Below are positions 19,151-30,987 of a stretch of 64,000 bases of DNA, in pieces. The notes beneath the pieces were generated by a model, which saw nothing but the letters and a program-made list of their open reading frames with translations, had not been told where the DNA came from and made no database searches. A program made the position numbers and the translations under genes. Origin of the DNA: an uncultured bacterium (GTDB lineage Bacteria > Patescibacteriota > Minisyncoccia > UBA6257 > 2-01-FULL-56-20); NCBI GenBank assembly GCA_963844965.1, contig CAWJQC010000007.1, positions 128,001 to 192,000 on the forward strand. The letters are read 5' to 3'. Numbering within the stretch: position 1 is the first letter of the stretch; each line of letters opens with the position of its first letter.

Positions 19151-22100
19151 ATGAAGAAGTATAACTTCGGAGAAATAGAGAAAAAGTGGCAGGAGGCGTG
19201 GGAGAAAGAAGAGCTTTACCGTGCCGACGACAAGAGCAAGAGAGAAAAAAAATATGTTCTGATTGAATTTCCGTATCCGTCTGGCGAGGGGCTACACATG
19301 GGGCACCTCCGGCCTTATGTTGCTGGAGACGTTTATAGCCGCCATTTGCGGATGTGCGGATATGAAGTTATGTATCCTATCGGCTGGGACGCGTTCGGAC
19401 TGCCCGCGGAGAACTATGCCATCAAGAACGGAATTCAACCGTCAATCTCAACGGCGCGGAACGTGAAAAATGCGAAGCAGCAGCTCAAAAGCTGGGGGAT
19501 GGGTTTTGACTGGTCGCGCGAGATAAATACGACCGACCCGAATTACTATAAATGGACACAGTGGATATTCCTGCAGCTTTGGAAAGCCGGCCTGGCTTAT
19601 GAAGCCACCGGTCTTATAAATTGGTGCCCGAAGGACAAAACCGGTTTGGCGAATGAGGAGGTAATTAACGGTTGCTGCGAGCGTTGCGGGGCGCTCGTGG
19701 AAAAAAAGGAAATGCGGCAGTGGTACCTCAAAATTACCGCCTACGCCGAAAAACTCTTGGAAGGTTTGAAGACGCTTGATTGGCCGGAAAAAATAAAAGT
19801 TCAGCAGGAAAACTGGATCGGCCGTTCGGAAGGAGCGGAAATAGATTTTGAAGTCGCTGGGCAAAAACCGAAGAAGGTAATATTGATGCATGGGAAAGAT
19901 GCAAATCCTGACGAAAAGTGGTATCCGTGGCTTGCGGAAGAAGTTCAAGAGCGCTGTACTAAATTTATTGCGCCTCGTCTGCCGGAATCCGACAATCCCG
20001 AACTTGAAGCATGGCTTCGTGAAATAGAAAAAGCGAATCCCGATGAAGATACTATTCTTATTGGACATTCTCGCGGTGGGGTGGCGATTTTGAGGTGGCT
20101 GGAAAATCTTAGGTCGGGGAAAGTCGTTAAAAAGGTAATAATAGTAGCTTCGGACAGGGGAGATGCCAAAAAGGAATCGCGGGGTTTTTTTGGCAAACCC
20201 TACGATTTCAAAAAAATACGGTCTCATTGCGACAGTTTTGTTGTTCTACATTCAAGGGACGATGAATGGGTGCCATTTGAAGCGGGTGAATATATTGCCA
20301 AAAATCTGAACGCCAACTTTTTGATTTTTGACGGCAGGGGACACTTCGGAAAAAAATTGCCAAAACAGGAAATTTCCGAACTCGTTGGTGAAATTTTTCC
20401 GAGTATCAAGGTTTTCACCACCCGCCCCGACACGCTTTTCGGTGCGACGTATATGGTTTTGTCGCCGGAACACGAACTTATATTAAAAATTAAAAATCAA
20501 ATATTAAATTGGGGGGAAGTTGAAAAATATATAAAAGTTGCTCAGGGCAAATCAGAGGAAGAACGTATTGCCGAAGGAAAGGAAAAAACCGGCGTGGAGC
20601 TCAAAGGAATCAAGGCGATTAATCCGGCGACGAAGGAAGAAGTTCCCATTTGGGTGGCGGATTATGTGCTTGCGGGATATGGCACGGGCGCGATCATGGC
20701 TGTGCCGGCGCACGACGAACGGGATTTTGAATTTGCGAAGAGGTATAAATTACCGATCAGGGAAGTTATAGCCCCGCTATTTATCGAGAAAGGAGGTCTA
20801 GATGCTTGGAGAGAGACCGGTGTTACAAAAAAACGCAACACAGTCAGTTGTATCATCAAACATTGGTCCGAGGATAAGTACCTTTGTCTGCGCTGGGTGC
20901 ACGATAACTGGCGCGGATTTGTAATCGGTGGCGTGGAAGGTGGCGAAGACATCATAGAAGCTGCCTGTAGGGAAATACGAGAAGAAACCGGATTCAAGAA
21001 TGTAAAATTTATAAAAGTACTTGGAAACGAGATTCACTATAAATTTTTTGCCTCCCATAAAAACGAAAACAGATGGAATGTTGGTCACGGGATTTATTTC
21101 GAACTCTTGAATGGCGAAAGTGATGAAATTTCTGAACAAGAAAAGAAATTGCATAGCGTTGTGTGGATTGATAAGGATAAAGTGGCCGATTTTATCGCCA
21201 ACGACCCCAGCGATTCTTTGTTGTGGGAGCGCCTTAATGGCGTATCGCGGCCGTTTATTGAGGAAGGAGTTCTGGTTGGTTCTGATAAATTCACCGGTAT
21301 GAATTCCGAAAAAGCCAAATGGGAAATTACGAAACTCGTCGGTGGGAAGAAACAAATTCAATATCGCCTGCGCGACTGGGTTTTTTCGCGCCAGCGCTAT
21401 TGGGGCGAGCCGATTCCGCTCGTCCACTGCGCGAAGTGCGGGATTGTTCCCGTGCCGGAAGAGGAATTGCCGCTGAAACTCCCGGAAGTGGAGAAATACG
21501 AACCTACCGGCACCGGCGAATCGCCGCTTGCTGCCGTGGATTCCTGGGTGAATACAAAGTGTCCTGAGTGCGGCGGGAGAGCGAAACGTGAAACTAACAC
21601 CATGCCGCAGTGGGCCGGAAGTTCGTGGTATTACCTCGCATACATAATGCGAGGAATTTCCCCGCCCGCGCCGACGCTTCGGCGGGCAGGCAATTTCCCC
21701 GCCAAAGGCGAGGCTAGCCAAGAGCTACAATTTCCAATTTCCAAATATCAAGAAGCTTTTAGGCATTGGCTGCCGGTTGACGTTTATTTCGGCGGCATGG
21801 AGCATACGACGCTTCATCTTCTTTATTCGCGGTTTTGGCACCAATTTCTCTACGATAAAAAATTCGTGCCGACGCCGGAACCTTATCTGCGTCGCGTGCC
21901 GCACGGGATAATTCTCGGTCCCGACGGCGAGAAGATGTCTAAAAGCCGCGGCAATATCGTGAGTCCCGACGAAATCGTGAAAAATTTTGGAGCGGATTGC
22001 CTCCGCATGTACGAACTATTCCTTGGTCCGCACGAGGCGACGGTTAGCTGGAAAAGCGAGGGCATTTTGGGGATTTCGCGGTTTCTGGAGCGCGTTTGGA

Positions 22101-22610
22101 AATTCTATGGAGTAATCGCGAATAATGCGAACCATGGACAAAATAATGCGAATGTTACAAGAAATTTACAACGGACGATCAAAAAAGATCACTGAAGATA
22201 TTGAAACATTCCACTACAATACTGCCATTAGCGCACTTATGATACTCTTGAACGACCTTGAAAAGACCGGCGCGGGAAAAGAAGTCGGAGAAATATTTTT
22301 GAAACTTCTCGCTCCGTTCGCTCCGCACATAACGGAGGAATTGTGGGGTGGGGCGTTTGGCAAAAAAACTTCCATCCATCGCGAGGCGTGGCCACAATAC
22401 GACGCAAATTTGATAAAAGAGGAAACATTCACGCTCGTGATCCAGGTGAATGGCAAAGTGCGTGACAGCGTGGAGGCGGCCGCGGGCGTAAGCGAATCGG
22501 AAGCGAAAGAGCTGGCTTTGGGCAGGGAAAAAATTAAAAATATTCTCGGCTCGGCAAAACCCAAACGCGTGATCTACGTTCCGAGCAAGTTAATTAATAT
22601 TGTGCTTTAA
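19151..22610 (+). CDS. leuS: leucyl-tRNA synthetase with two in-frame inserted hydrolase domains (an alpha/beta serine hydrolase at about 19870-20410 and a Nudix domain at about 20780-21260); +1 frameshift in the A6 run at 22181-22186 before the anticodon-binding domain
   Basis: HMGH, TTRPDT, YGTGAIMAVPAHDERD and YRLRDWVFSRQRYWGEPIP motifs plus KMSKS form a LeuRS core. The inserts carry the GHSRGG / HSRDDEW / GRGHF triad and the Nudix box GGVEGGEDIIEAACREIREETG. The C-terminal domain continues in ORF 22125..22610. Confidence 0.9.
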
Positions 22611-22617
22611 TTAAAGA

Positions 22618-23595
22618 ATGAAGGGAGGAGCGAGGGCAATAATGATATTGATCTTTATAGTGGTGATCGGCGTCGGGATATTTTTAGCTCACTCCGGTTT
22701 TGTCTCTGGTCTTAAGTCCTTCACTTCGGGATTGACCCGCTTGTTCCCACCTTCCTCGTCATCGTCTTCCTCGCAAGGGGGGGTGTCGTCAACGCAACCG
22801 GCATCTTCGCAATCTGCGCCTCCGTCCGTGCCGTGGTATGAACAATCATCCACTCCGCCCGCCAATTCTTCTGCCGCGGTGCCGTGGTATGAACAGACAG
22901 GGACGTCCTCGATTAATCCTTCGGATATTCCAACCGGTTACACGATCGATCAACTCTCGCCGTATTTTCACAGGGTGCGGCTTCGTTACGTCTCGGCCGG
23001 CTCGTTTTATTCGGTTGGGCAGATTTCTTTATACGCGAATCTGAACGGCAGCGATACGGTTGACGTGACGGGATGGATGCTCAGGGCGAACACTGGCGGC
23101 GAAGTTGTGCCGCAGGCGGTGAATTTATACGACCCGTCGGGGCTTGCCGCGCCGGATGATATTGTTTTGAAGAGCGGGGACTACGTGAATATCTACACCT
23201 CGGCAAGCGCCATCGGCGAAAATTTGCGGCTCAACAAATGCACGGGCTATTTGGAGGACACAAATCATTTCAATCCGTCTCTGCCACAAGATTGTCCATC
23301 CATCAGCCAATCCGACATTTCCGGTTTCAGCGGCCAGTGTCAGAATTATATTACGTCTTTGTACAGTTGCGCGCTGCCGGCTCCCAATCCGCCGGTGCCT
23401 CAAAACGATTACGGATGCATCAATTATTTAACCACGATAAACTTTAAAGGGTGTTACGAGAGGCACAGTGGCGACTCCGATTTTCTGAGCCACGAATGGC
23501 GTGTCTGGACCAGCTACACATTTTTGGACCAATATCACGACAAGCTCCAGCTTTTGGACAAAAACGGACTGCTCGTGGATTTGTACCAGTACTAG
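22618..23595 (+). CDS. membrane-anchored secreted protein with a Ser/Pro-rich linker and PWYEQ repeats
   Basis: N-terminal TM helix, low-complexity linker and Cys-rich C-terminal domain. Confidence 0.5.
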   Translation: MKGGARAIMILIFIVVIGVGIFLAHSGFVSGLKSFTSGLTRLFPPSSSSSSSQGGVSSTQPASSQSAPPSVPWYEQSSTPPANSSAAVPWYEQTGTSSINPSDIPTGYTIDQLSPYFHRVRLRYVSAGSFYSVGQISLYANLNGSDTVDVTGWMLRANTGGEVVPQAVNLYDPSGLAAPDDIVLKSGDYVNIYTSASAIGENLRLNKCTGYLEDTNHFNPSLPQDCPSISQSDISGFSGQCQNYITSLYSCALPAPNPPVPQNDYGCINYLTTINFKGCYERHSGDSDFLSHEWRVWTSYTFLDQYHDKLQLLDKNGLLVDLYQY

Positions 23596-23671
23596 AAATT
23601 AGAAAATAGGAAACAGGGGAATAAACATAAAAAATCAAAGCCGCCTCTTCGGAGGCGGTCTTTTGAATGGC

Positions 23672-24274
23672 TTAACTTCTGTCATCCGCGTCCATTCTGA
23701 GTCTCGGAGTGTTGCCTTTCTCTGCATGCTCTTCCGCCTGGTATGCCAATTTCTCAATATACATTCTGAAGATTTGCAGACCGGGTTGAAGTACGACGGG
23801 AGACGTTCCTAGATTGGTTAGTTCAACCATCAGTTGGGAGGGTTTGGTAATGCCGTGACCGGGATGGATAAATCCATGTGAAGCGTGGTTCAGAAAGATT
23901 CTACCAAGTTCGGTGGTGTTTTCCAGTTTGGCCAAGAGCCACTTATTGATGCCAAGCGATTCTCTGGTTTGGGCAATAATGCTTTGACCCGAACCTAGAA
24001 CATATCTCCCAAGTCCCATATATGGCTCGAAGGCCGTTTCAATCGACTCTTTGCTTGCGGGATCGATGGGCGTCGTATTTTCACGCGGGATGCGGAAGCG
24101 ATTACCAAGGTGAAGATAATAGCAGATGTTTCCAAGTGATTTTTCGTCGAACGGAACGATAATCAGGGCACCCAGTTCCATAAGTTTTGGGAAAAAGTAG
24201 CCCGGCAGTCGGCCCGATTTAATGTCATCAATCGTGCGTATCTCGTTCAATAGATCTTCCGCCGGTCCGTTCAT
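23672..24274 (-). CDS. dCTP deaminase-like protein (dUTPase superfamily)
   Basis: YLHLGNRF and LGRIFLNHASHGFIHPGHGITKPSQLMVELTN resemble the Dcd core. AAGGAGG precedes the ATG at 24274-24272. Confidence 0.55.
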   Translation of the reverse strand: MNGPAEDLLNEIRTIDDIKSGRLPGYFFPKLMELGALIIVPFDEKSLGNICYYLHLGNRFRIPRENTTPIDPASKESIETAFEPYMGLGRYVLGSGQSIIAQTRESLGINKWLLAKLENTTELGRIFLNHASHGFIHPGHGITKPSQLMVELTNLGTSPVVLQPGLQIFRMYIEKLAYQAEEHAEKGNTPRLRMDADDRS

Positions 24275-24436
24275 TGTCGCCCTCCTTATTAATACGCTGC
24301 GATTAGTATATAACACAGTTAATCGCTCCACAAGTCCGCTGTTGCTTATTTTTTGCGTTGCAGTATAATGCGGCTATCCGGTTGAGCTTCGCTCGCCGGA
24401 AATTAAAAGCTCCTTGAGAGCTCGGAGGTACGGGAT

Positions 24437-24634
24437 ATGGACAATGTACTGAAAATTAAGATGGTTGAAAAAAGAGCTTTAGGAAAGATGCTCGCCGCTC
24501 TATGTGAATTTGATGTTCGGAGCTTTTCGGGGTCGCTTAATGGCAACTATGCCGAGGTTGAGTTCACTTTTAATTCTCCGCAAGAGAAAGAAGCGGCGCT
24601 TGCCAGGCTGAATGGATTAAATTTAATTTTCTGA
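24437..24634 (+). CDS. small hypothetical protein
   Basis: 65-aa ORF followed by a hairpin and T-run terminator at about 24667-24698. Confidence 0.3.
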   Translation: MDNVLKIKMVEKRALGKMLAALCEFDVRSFSGSLNGNYAEVEFTFNSPQEKEAALARLNGLNLIF

Positions 24635-24892
24635 ACCATCTCGCATTCAATTCTTTTTCAGAACAAAAGCCGCTTCTCCCGAAGCGACCGTTTTTTATGA
24701 ACAGATAGTTTTTGCTGAGAGGCAAAAACACCTTATGGCCTTAGAAGCGAGGCGTTCGTTTCGAGAAGCTATCGGAGGCGATTCGAGCTTGGTGTCGCCT
24801 TAGGCGACGCGAATCGCCGAGATGCAGCGGGCGACTTGCCGCTGGAGCAAATTGAACCGCGGTTCCCGAAACAAATGCCGAGCGTCACTTCC

Positions 24893-25968
<1,076 letters not shown>

Positions 25969-26037
25969 AAAATAAATTCCGCCTCTATGTGCGTTAAGGC
26001 GGCATTAATGAGCTGGTGAATTTGATCGTCCTTCGGC

Positions 26038-26694
26038 TTACTTCGTGTAGACCCAAATGCGCGCCGACATGCCGTCCTTGAGCTCAGGATACTTTGCCGG
26101 ATTGAAACGGATATAAACATTGAATTGATATGTCGGACGCTGGCTGAAAATATTGGAAGTCGTGTTCCCCTGTGAGATCCGGCCCACTTCGTCAACAACG
26201 CCGTAATACTCCTTAGAACCGAACGCGTCCACCGTGAACTTCGTCAGGTCGCCTACTGCCACGCTTGCAAGTCCCTTATCTTCGTCCAGGTGGCCCACGA
26301 CGCGAAGCTGGGTAGGATCAATCATCGTCGCCACGACGGACTGTCCGGTCAGTGCGCTTTCAAACTCGCCGATGTTTTGATCGATCGAAACTATCTCGCC
26401 GCTCGTTTCCGACTCAACGATCCCGTTCCCGACGCGGGCAATGGGCTGGTTCGCCGTTACCATGTCGCCGACTTTCACAAACACCGTTTGCAGCGGACCA
26501 GAGTTCGCCGGCGATAAGTTAATGACCGGCGCCTGGACGACCGATAGGTCGATATAGACCGTCCTTGATGAAACGTACCAGTATGCTCCGCCGCCGATTA
26601 CGACACAAGCAACGAGGGCGACAATAACCGTGGCCCTGATTACACGGCGGTTACCCTTTATTTCTTGTCCTGTTTTTAATTCTTGTTCGGCCAT
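26038..26694 (-). CDS. HlyD-family periplasmic adaptor (short)
   Basis: N-terminal TM helix plus a beta-barrel/lipoyl-like adaptor domain. Confidence 0.6.
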   Translation of the reverse strand: MAEQELKTGQEIKGNRRVIRATVIVALVACVVIGGGAYWYVSSRTVYIDLSVVQAPVINLSPANSGPLQTVFVKVGDMVTANQPIARVGNGIVESETSGEIVSIDQNIGEFESALTGQSVVATMIDPTQLRVVGHLDEDKGLASVAVGDLTKFTVDAFGSKEYYGVVDEVGRISQGNTTSNIFSQRPTYQFNVYIRFNPAKYPELKDGMSARIWVYTK

Positions 26695-26706
26695 GTCAAA
26701 AATAGA

Positions 26707-28269
26707 TTAGAAATTTGCGAGGGTATCACCCTCATTTATCCCCGACGTAATTTCCGTCATACCGTTGTCGCCAACAGGGCCGATCTGAACCTGTTTTTGT
26801 TCAGTCCCAGCGGGGGTTTTCACGAGCACGAAATATTCGTTGCCGTTATTGAGTACGAGCCGACTCGGCACAAAGATCACGCCGTCGTCTTCGGCGAGGA
26901 CGATGTGAACGTTTCCCGTCATGCCGTCTTTCACTTGCGGCTCTGGATTCGTGAAGAAAAGCGTAACAAGGTACGAAGGCGTGCCGTTTACTTGTGTCTC
27001 CGCGCTGTCTATCGCCGTTATGGTCGCTGGGAATGTCGTTCCGGTACCGAACGCGTCCAGAGTTACCGCGGCCGCATCGCCAACTTTAACTTTTACGACG
27101 TCATATTCGGAAACATAGGTTTGAACTTCAAGTCCGCCATTATTTACGAGCGAAAGAACCTGCATGCCGGGTGACACCACTTGTCCGACCTGCGCGGTGA
27201 GGTCTTGCACCGTACCGGGGAACGGCGCAGCAAGCGAAGTATCGTCCAAAGCAACTTGCGCGGCAGCGGCAGCGGCCTGCGCTTGCGCGATGGCTGCCTG
27301 TTGCTCCTGGATCTCCTGCGATGTTGAACTGGCGGTCGTAAGGTTCAACCCCGCTTGCGCTTGCGCGATGGCGGATTTTTCGGAAGCAATATTCTGTTCG
27401 GCAGCGGTGATCTCCGTGACCGCCCCGTTCACTTCATTCAATCCCGTTGTCGCTGAAGTCTTGTAAGTTGCGGCGGTAGACGCTGACAGGCCTTCTTCGT
27501 CGGTGAGCGCCGTCAGCGCCTCATTCATAAGGTTTTGGATCGGCGAGAGATAGTCCGCGGCGTTTTGGAGTGTCGTATCAAAAACCGCATCAGGAGAACT
27601 TGCGGTCATATTTGCCAATTCCGTCTGCCATGCGTTGAGGTCGGCGCTCGCGGAAACCCTCAGATTTTGAATATTATTAAGCAATTGAGAGTCGCTCACG
27701 CTGAACGTAAGCTGTGGATTATTTCCTTCTGGGTCTGAGAAGAATGCGGCGAGCTGGGTGCGCACCGCATCGTTCGCTTTGGCGTAGGCGTCATTCAAAG
27801 TATTGGGAATTCCCGTATAATCATTCGCGAGCGATTGTTCTGCGGACGCGAGCGCGGCCTGCGATACGGCGATCGTCTGCGATGTGGCGCCCGTTTGTAG
27901 TTCGTCTAGTTTCACCTGAGCCGCCGCAAGAGCAGCGTTTGCCTGTTCAGCGCCCGCTTTGAACGTCGCACCGTTCAGGTCCGCAAGCGTTTCTCCGGTG
28001 CCCACCACATCCCCTTCTTTCACATACACATGCGCTATCTTACCTGCTTCCTGAAAAGAAATGCCTGCCTTATCCTCCGCGACCACCGTTCCCGGCTCGT
28101 CGAGCGCCTCCACGACATTACCGCGCGCAACGGCGTAAGAACCAAGCGTGGGCGCCGCGTTGGAAAAAATATACCACACCGCGCCGCCGGCAACGAGAAC
28201 AACGGCAACCCCGGCGACAAACCGGAAATGGACAACGAAAAACTTTTTTATAACATTAGACCGTTCCAT
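26707..28269 (-). CDS. HlyD-family membrane fusion protein with a long Ala/Gln-rich coiled coil
   Basis: TM anchor, lipoyl-like domain, extended coiled coil and a C-terminal beta domain. Confidence 0.65.
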   Translation of the reverse strand: MERSNVIKKFFVVHFRFVAGVAVVLVAGGAVWYIFSNAAPTLGSYAVARGNVVEALDEPGTVVAEDKAGISFQEAGKIAHVYVKEGDVVGTGETLADLNGATFKAGAEQANAALAAAQVKLDELQTGATSQTIAVSQAALASAEQSLANDYTGIPNTLNDAYAKANDAVRTQLAAFFSDPEGNNPQLTFSVSDSQLLNNIQNLRVSASADLNAWQTELANMTASSPDAVFDTTLQNAADYLSPIQNLMNEALTALTDEEGLSASTAATYKTSATTGLNEVNGAVTEITAAEQNIASEKSAIAQAQAGLNLTTASSTSQEIQEQQAAIAQAQAAAAAAQVALDDTSLAAPFPGTVQDLTAQVGQVVSPGMQVLSLVNNGGLEVQTYVSEYDVVKVKVGDAAAVTLDAFGTGTTFPATITAIDSAETQVNGTPSYLVTLFFTNPEPQVKDGMTGNVHIVLAEDDGVIFVPSRLVLNNGNEYFVLVKTPAGTEQKQVQIGPVGDNGMTEITSGINEGDTLANF

Positions 28270-28324
28270 AAGATTATTTGATTATACAATAATTATAAAT
28301 TATATAATATACCGACTATGCGTT

Positions 28325-29074
28325 TTAAACTTCAATTTTATCAAAGAAGTAGCCGCCCAGCAATGAAAATGTCAACGCCATCCCTACAAGAACCAGCGCA
28401 TCTGTCCCAAATCCTAAATCGTGATGTCCAATGTTGGCAAGGAGGACACGCAGGGCGTCAATGCCGTACGTCAAGGGATCGATGCGGGAGATGAACGTAA
28501 GCCAACTCGGCAATCCTTGCAGCTCAAACAGCGCGCCTGAAAGGAAGAAAAGCGGCATGACCAAAAAATTCATGATAAGCGAAAAGGCTTGCATATCGTC
28601 AAGAAACGAGCCGATGATGGTGCCGATCGATGCAAAAATAAGCGCGATTAAAAACATTATGAATATCGCGGGAAAAACCGCCGCCCAGCTTGTCGGTTGG
28701 AAACCAAAGAAGGTTGATATGACGAGAACGATAACGCCTTGTATGGTGGCGACGGTTGCGCCGCCCAGGGTTCTCCCGATCATAACGTCGGTGCGCGGCA
28801 TCGGAGCTACCAGTGTTTCTTTCAAAAATCCGAACTGACGGTCCCAAATTACTTCTATGCCCGTGAAAATGGCGGTGAATATGATGCTCATTCCGACGAT
28901 GCCGGGCGCCAGATAGTCAAGGTAGTTGCCCCCTCCCGCTCCTAACGAACCGCCAAAACCATAACCGAACATGACGAGGAATATAATCGGTTGGGCGAGA
29001 GTGCCGATCATGCGCGCCCTGGAGCGCAGATATTTCTTGATTTGCCGAAGCCAAAGATAATAGATTTTTTTCAT
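28325..29074 (-). CDS. ABC-2 type transporter permease
   Basis: Six predicted TM segments in the ABC-2 pattern; sits next to the ATPase. Confidence 0.8.
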   Translation of the reverse strand: MKKIYYLWLRQIKKYLRSRARMIGTLAQPIIFLVMFGYGFGGSLGAGGGNYLDYLAPGIVGMSIIFTAIFTGIEVIWDRQFGFLKETLVAPMPRTDVMIGRTLGGATVATIQGVIVLVISTFFGFQPTSWAAVFPAIFIMFLIALIFASIGTIIGSFLDDMQAFSLIMNFLVMPLFFLSGALFELQGLPSWLTFISRIDPLTYGIDALRVLLANIGHHDLGFGTDALVLVGMALTFSLLGGYFFDKIEV

Positions 29075-29086
29075 ATGTTGAGGGCG

Positions 29087-29875
29087 TTATCTTCTTCCCA
29101 TTCGGCGGCCTATGGCTCTTGCATGGTCGGCGGAACCGGCCCCTTCATCGCGAATGGTCTTGCCTGTGAGCGCGAGGAACGCGTCCTCAAGGAACTCCGT
29201 ATTCGTTTGCTTCTTTAGCTCGTCGGGAGTCCCAGTGGCGATAATCTTACCCTCATCCATTATGGAGATACGATCCGCCATCCTGTCAGCTTCCTCCATA
29301 TAATGTGTCGTGAGAAAAATCGTCATTCCCTTGGTCTTGTTGAGTTCCTGCAGGCGGTCCCACATGAGATTTCTTGTTTGAGGGTCAAGGCCTGTTGTCG
29401 GCTCATCAAGGAAAAGAATCTTGGGCTCGTGCAAGAGTCCCCGTGCGATTTCAAGCCGGCGTTTCATGCCTCCGGAAAATTCTTTGACCAAACTGTCTTT
29501 ACGGTCCCAGAGGTCAACGAATTTCAGGAGTTCTTCGTTTCGTTGCCGCCGCTCTACATCCGGCACGTCATAGAGCACCCCGTGCAGATCCATATTTTCC
29601 CAGGCGGTCAGGTCGTCATCCAAACTCGGGTCTTGGAAGACGATCCCGAATGTTCGGCGCGCCTTTTCCGGTTCGCGCACCGGATCAATATCGTTGAGCG
29701 TCATGGTTCCTGAAGTGGGGTGAAGAAGCGTCGTGAGCATCTTGACTGTGGTAGTTTTCCCCGCACCGTTAGGACCGAGGAAAGCAAATACTTCTCCGTC
29801 GTGTACCGTGAAAGAAACATTATTTACCGCCGTAAGATTGCCGTATTTTTTGGTTAGATTTTTTACTTCAATCAT
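29087..29875 (-). CDS. ABC transporter ATP-binding protein
   Basis: Walker A GPNGAGKTT, signature SGGMKRRL and Walker B ILFLDEPT. Confidence 0.9.
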   Translation of the reverse strand: MIEVKNLTKKYGNLTAVNNVSFTVHDGEVFAFLGPNGAGKTTTVKMLTTLLHPTSGTMTLNDIDPVREPEKARRTFGIVFQDPSLDDDLTAWENMDLHGVLYDVPDVERRQRNEELLKFVDLWDRKDSLVKEFSGGMKRRLEIARGLLHEPKILFLDEPTTGLDPQTRNLMWDRLQELNKTKGMTIFLTTHYMEEADRMADRISIMDEGKIIATGTPDELKKQTNTEFLEDAFLALTGKTIRDEGAGSADHARAIGRRMGRR

Positions 29876-29886
29876 ATTGCTGGGAA

Positions 29887-30363
29887 TTATTGCGGGACAC
29901 CATCAGTAATCTTTTTACTGAGGGCGGCGTATTGGGCCAACTCTTTGTCGGTAAGAACATTGAACATGGCGGTAAATCTTTGCAGGTTCCTGGCTTTCAT
30001 ATCGGCCATCCGCTTTTTATGCTGGTCCGAAAGTCTCAACGAAAGCGCGCGCCTATCGCGAGTGTTGTTCTCGCGCACGAGGTACTCCTTGTTCACAAGT
30101 TCGTCAACCAGCTGGGTTGCGGCGCTGCTCGTTATACCAAGACATTTTCCAAGTTCTTTAATGCTTATATCCTCCTTTTTTGTCACAATAGCCAATACTG
30201 CCCACTGGGAAGGGGTGATATGATGCTTGTCGCCTTTCGCATGATGGCAAAATTTGCCGGATTTCTTAGCGCCGGTAAGGCCCTGCGTCATAAATTTTCG
30301 TCTGATCGCATACATACCCTCAGCAATGCTTTCAATGCGCTGTTTCCTTGTTTTCATGGCCAT
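29887..30363 (-). CDS. MarR-family transcriptional regulator
   Basis: Winged helix-turn-helix (ISIKELGKCLGITSSAATQLVDELV...RDRRAL). Confidence 0.8.
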   Translation of the reverse strand: MAMKTRKQRIESIAEGMYAIRRKFMTQGLTGAKKSGKFCHHAKGDKHHITPSQWAVLAIVTKKEDISIKELGKCLGITSSAATQLVDELVNKEYLVRENNTRDRRALSLRLSDQHKKRMADMKARNLQRFTAMFNVLTDKELAQYAALSKKITDGVPQ

Positions 30364-30524
30364 TCAATTAAGTAACTTAATGTATAAGTATCTTAATAGA
30401 TTGGGATTTTCTTGTCAACCGCCACGGGCTGTGCATAACTCCAGATATAGACGTGCTTCAATTACCCCCGCCTAGAGAGTTATAATAATTAAAAGGTCGG
30501 TTTTATATTGCCAATCATAAATAC

Positions 30525-30908
30525 ATGGATGTCTCTATCCCTATTACTCAAGCACTGGGAATCATTTTCGCGGTAATGGGCTTGTCGGTGGTTATCGACA
30601 GAAAGAACGTGTCAGCCGGCCTTGAAAAGGTAACTCAGGACCGAGGATTCTTGTGGTTGTGGAGTTTTCTCATTTTGACCATGGGTGCCGTCATCGTTGT
30701 GATGAACAATGACTGGACCACCCCCGGTCTGCCGCTCATTGTCACCATCCTCGGATGGCTCACGGTCATAAAGGGAGCTTTTCTCCTCCTACTTCCCGGC
30801 CCCGCTATCTCGCTATACCAGAAATGCAACAAGGACAGCGTGCTCATATTCGGTGGAATTGTTGCCTTTATTCTGGGCTTGGTTTTGCTTTACTTGGGAT
30901 TTATGTAA
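30525..30908 (+). CDS. hypothetical membrane protein
   Basis: 127 aa with four predicted TM segments. Confidence 0.45.
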   Translation: MDVSIPITQALGIIFAVMGLSVVIDRKNVSAGLEKVTQDRGFLWLWSFLILTMGAVIVVMNNDWTTPGLPLIVTILGWLTVIKGAFLLLLPGPAISLYQKCNKDSVLIFGGIVAFILGLVLLYLGFM

Positions 30909-30987
30909 GCGTGCGCTAGATCAAAAGCGGGCGGGTATCGCCGTGTGTCTGTAGATCCTATCGCGGGTAGTCTGCTATAATTGGCCA

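Noticed and set aside
19856-21270. The two extra segments in leuS might be inteins
   Set aside because: Neither segment starts with Cys/Ser or ends with His-Asn followed by Cys/Ser/Thr, and there are no intein blocks. Instead they carry complete catalytic motifs of an alpha/beta serine hydrolase and a Nudix hydrolase, so they are domain insertions.
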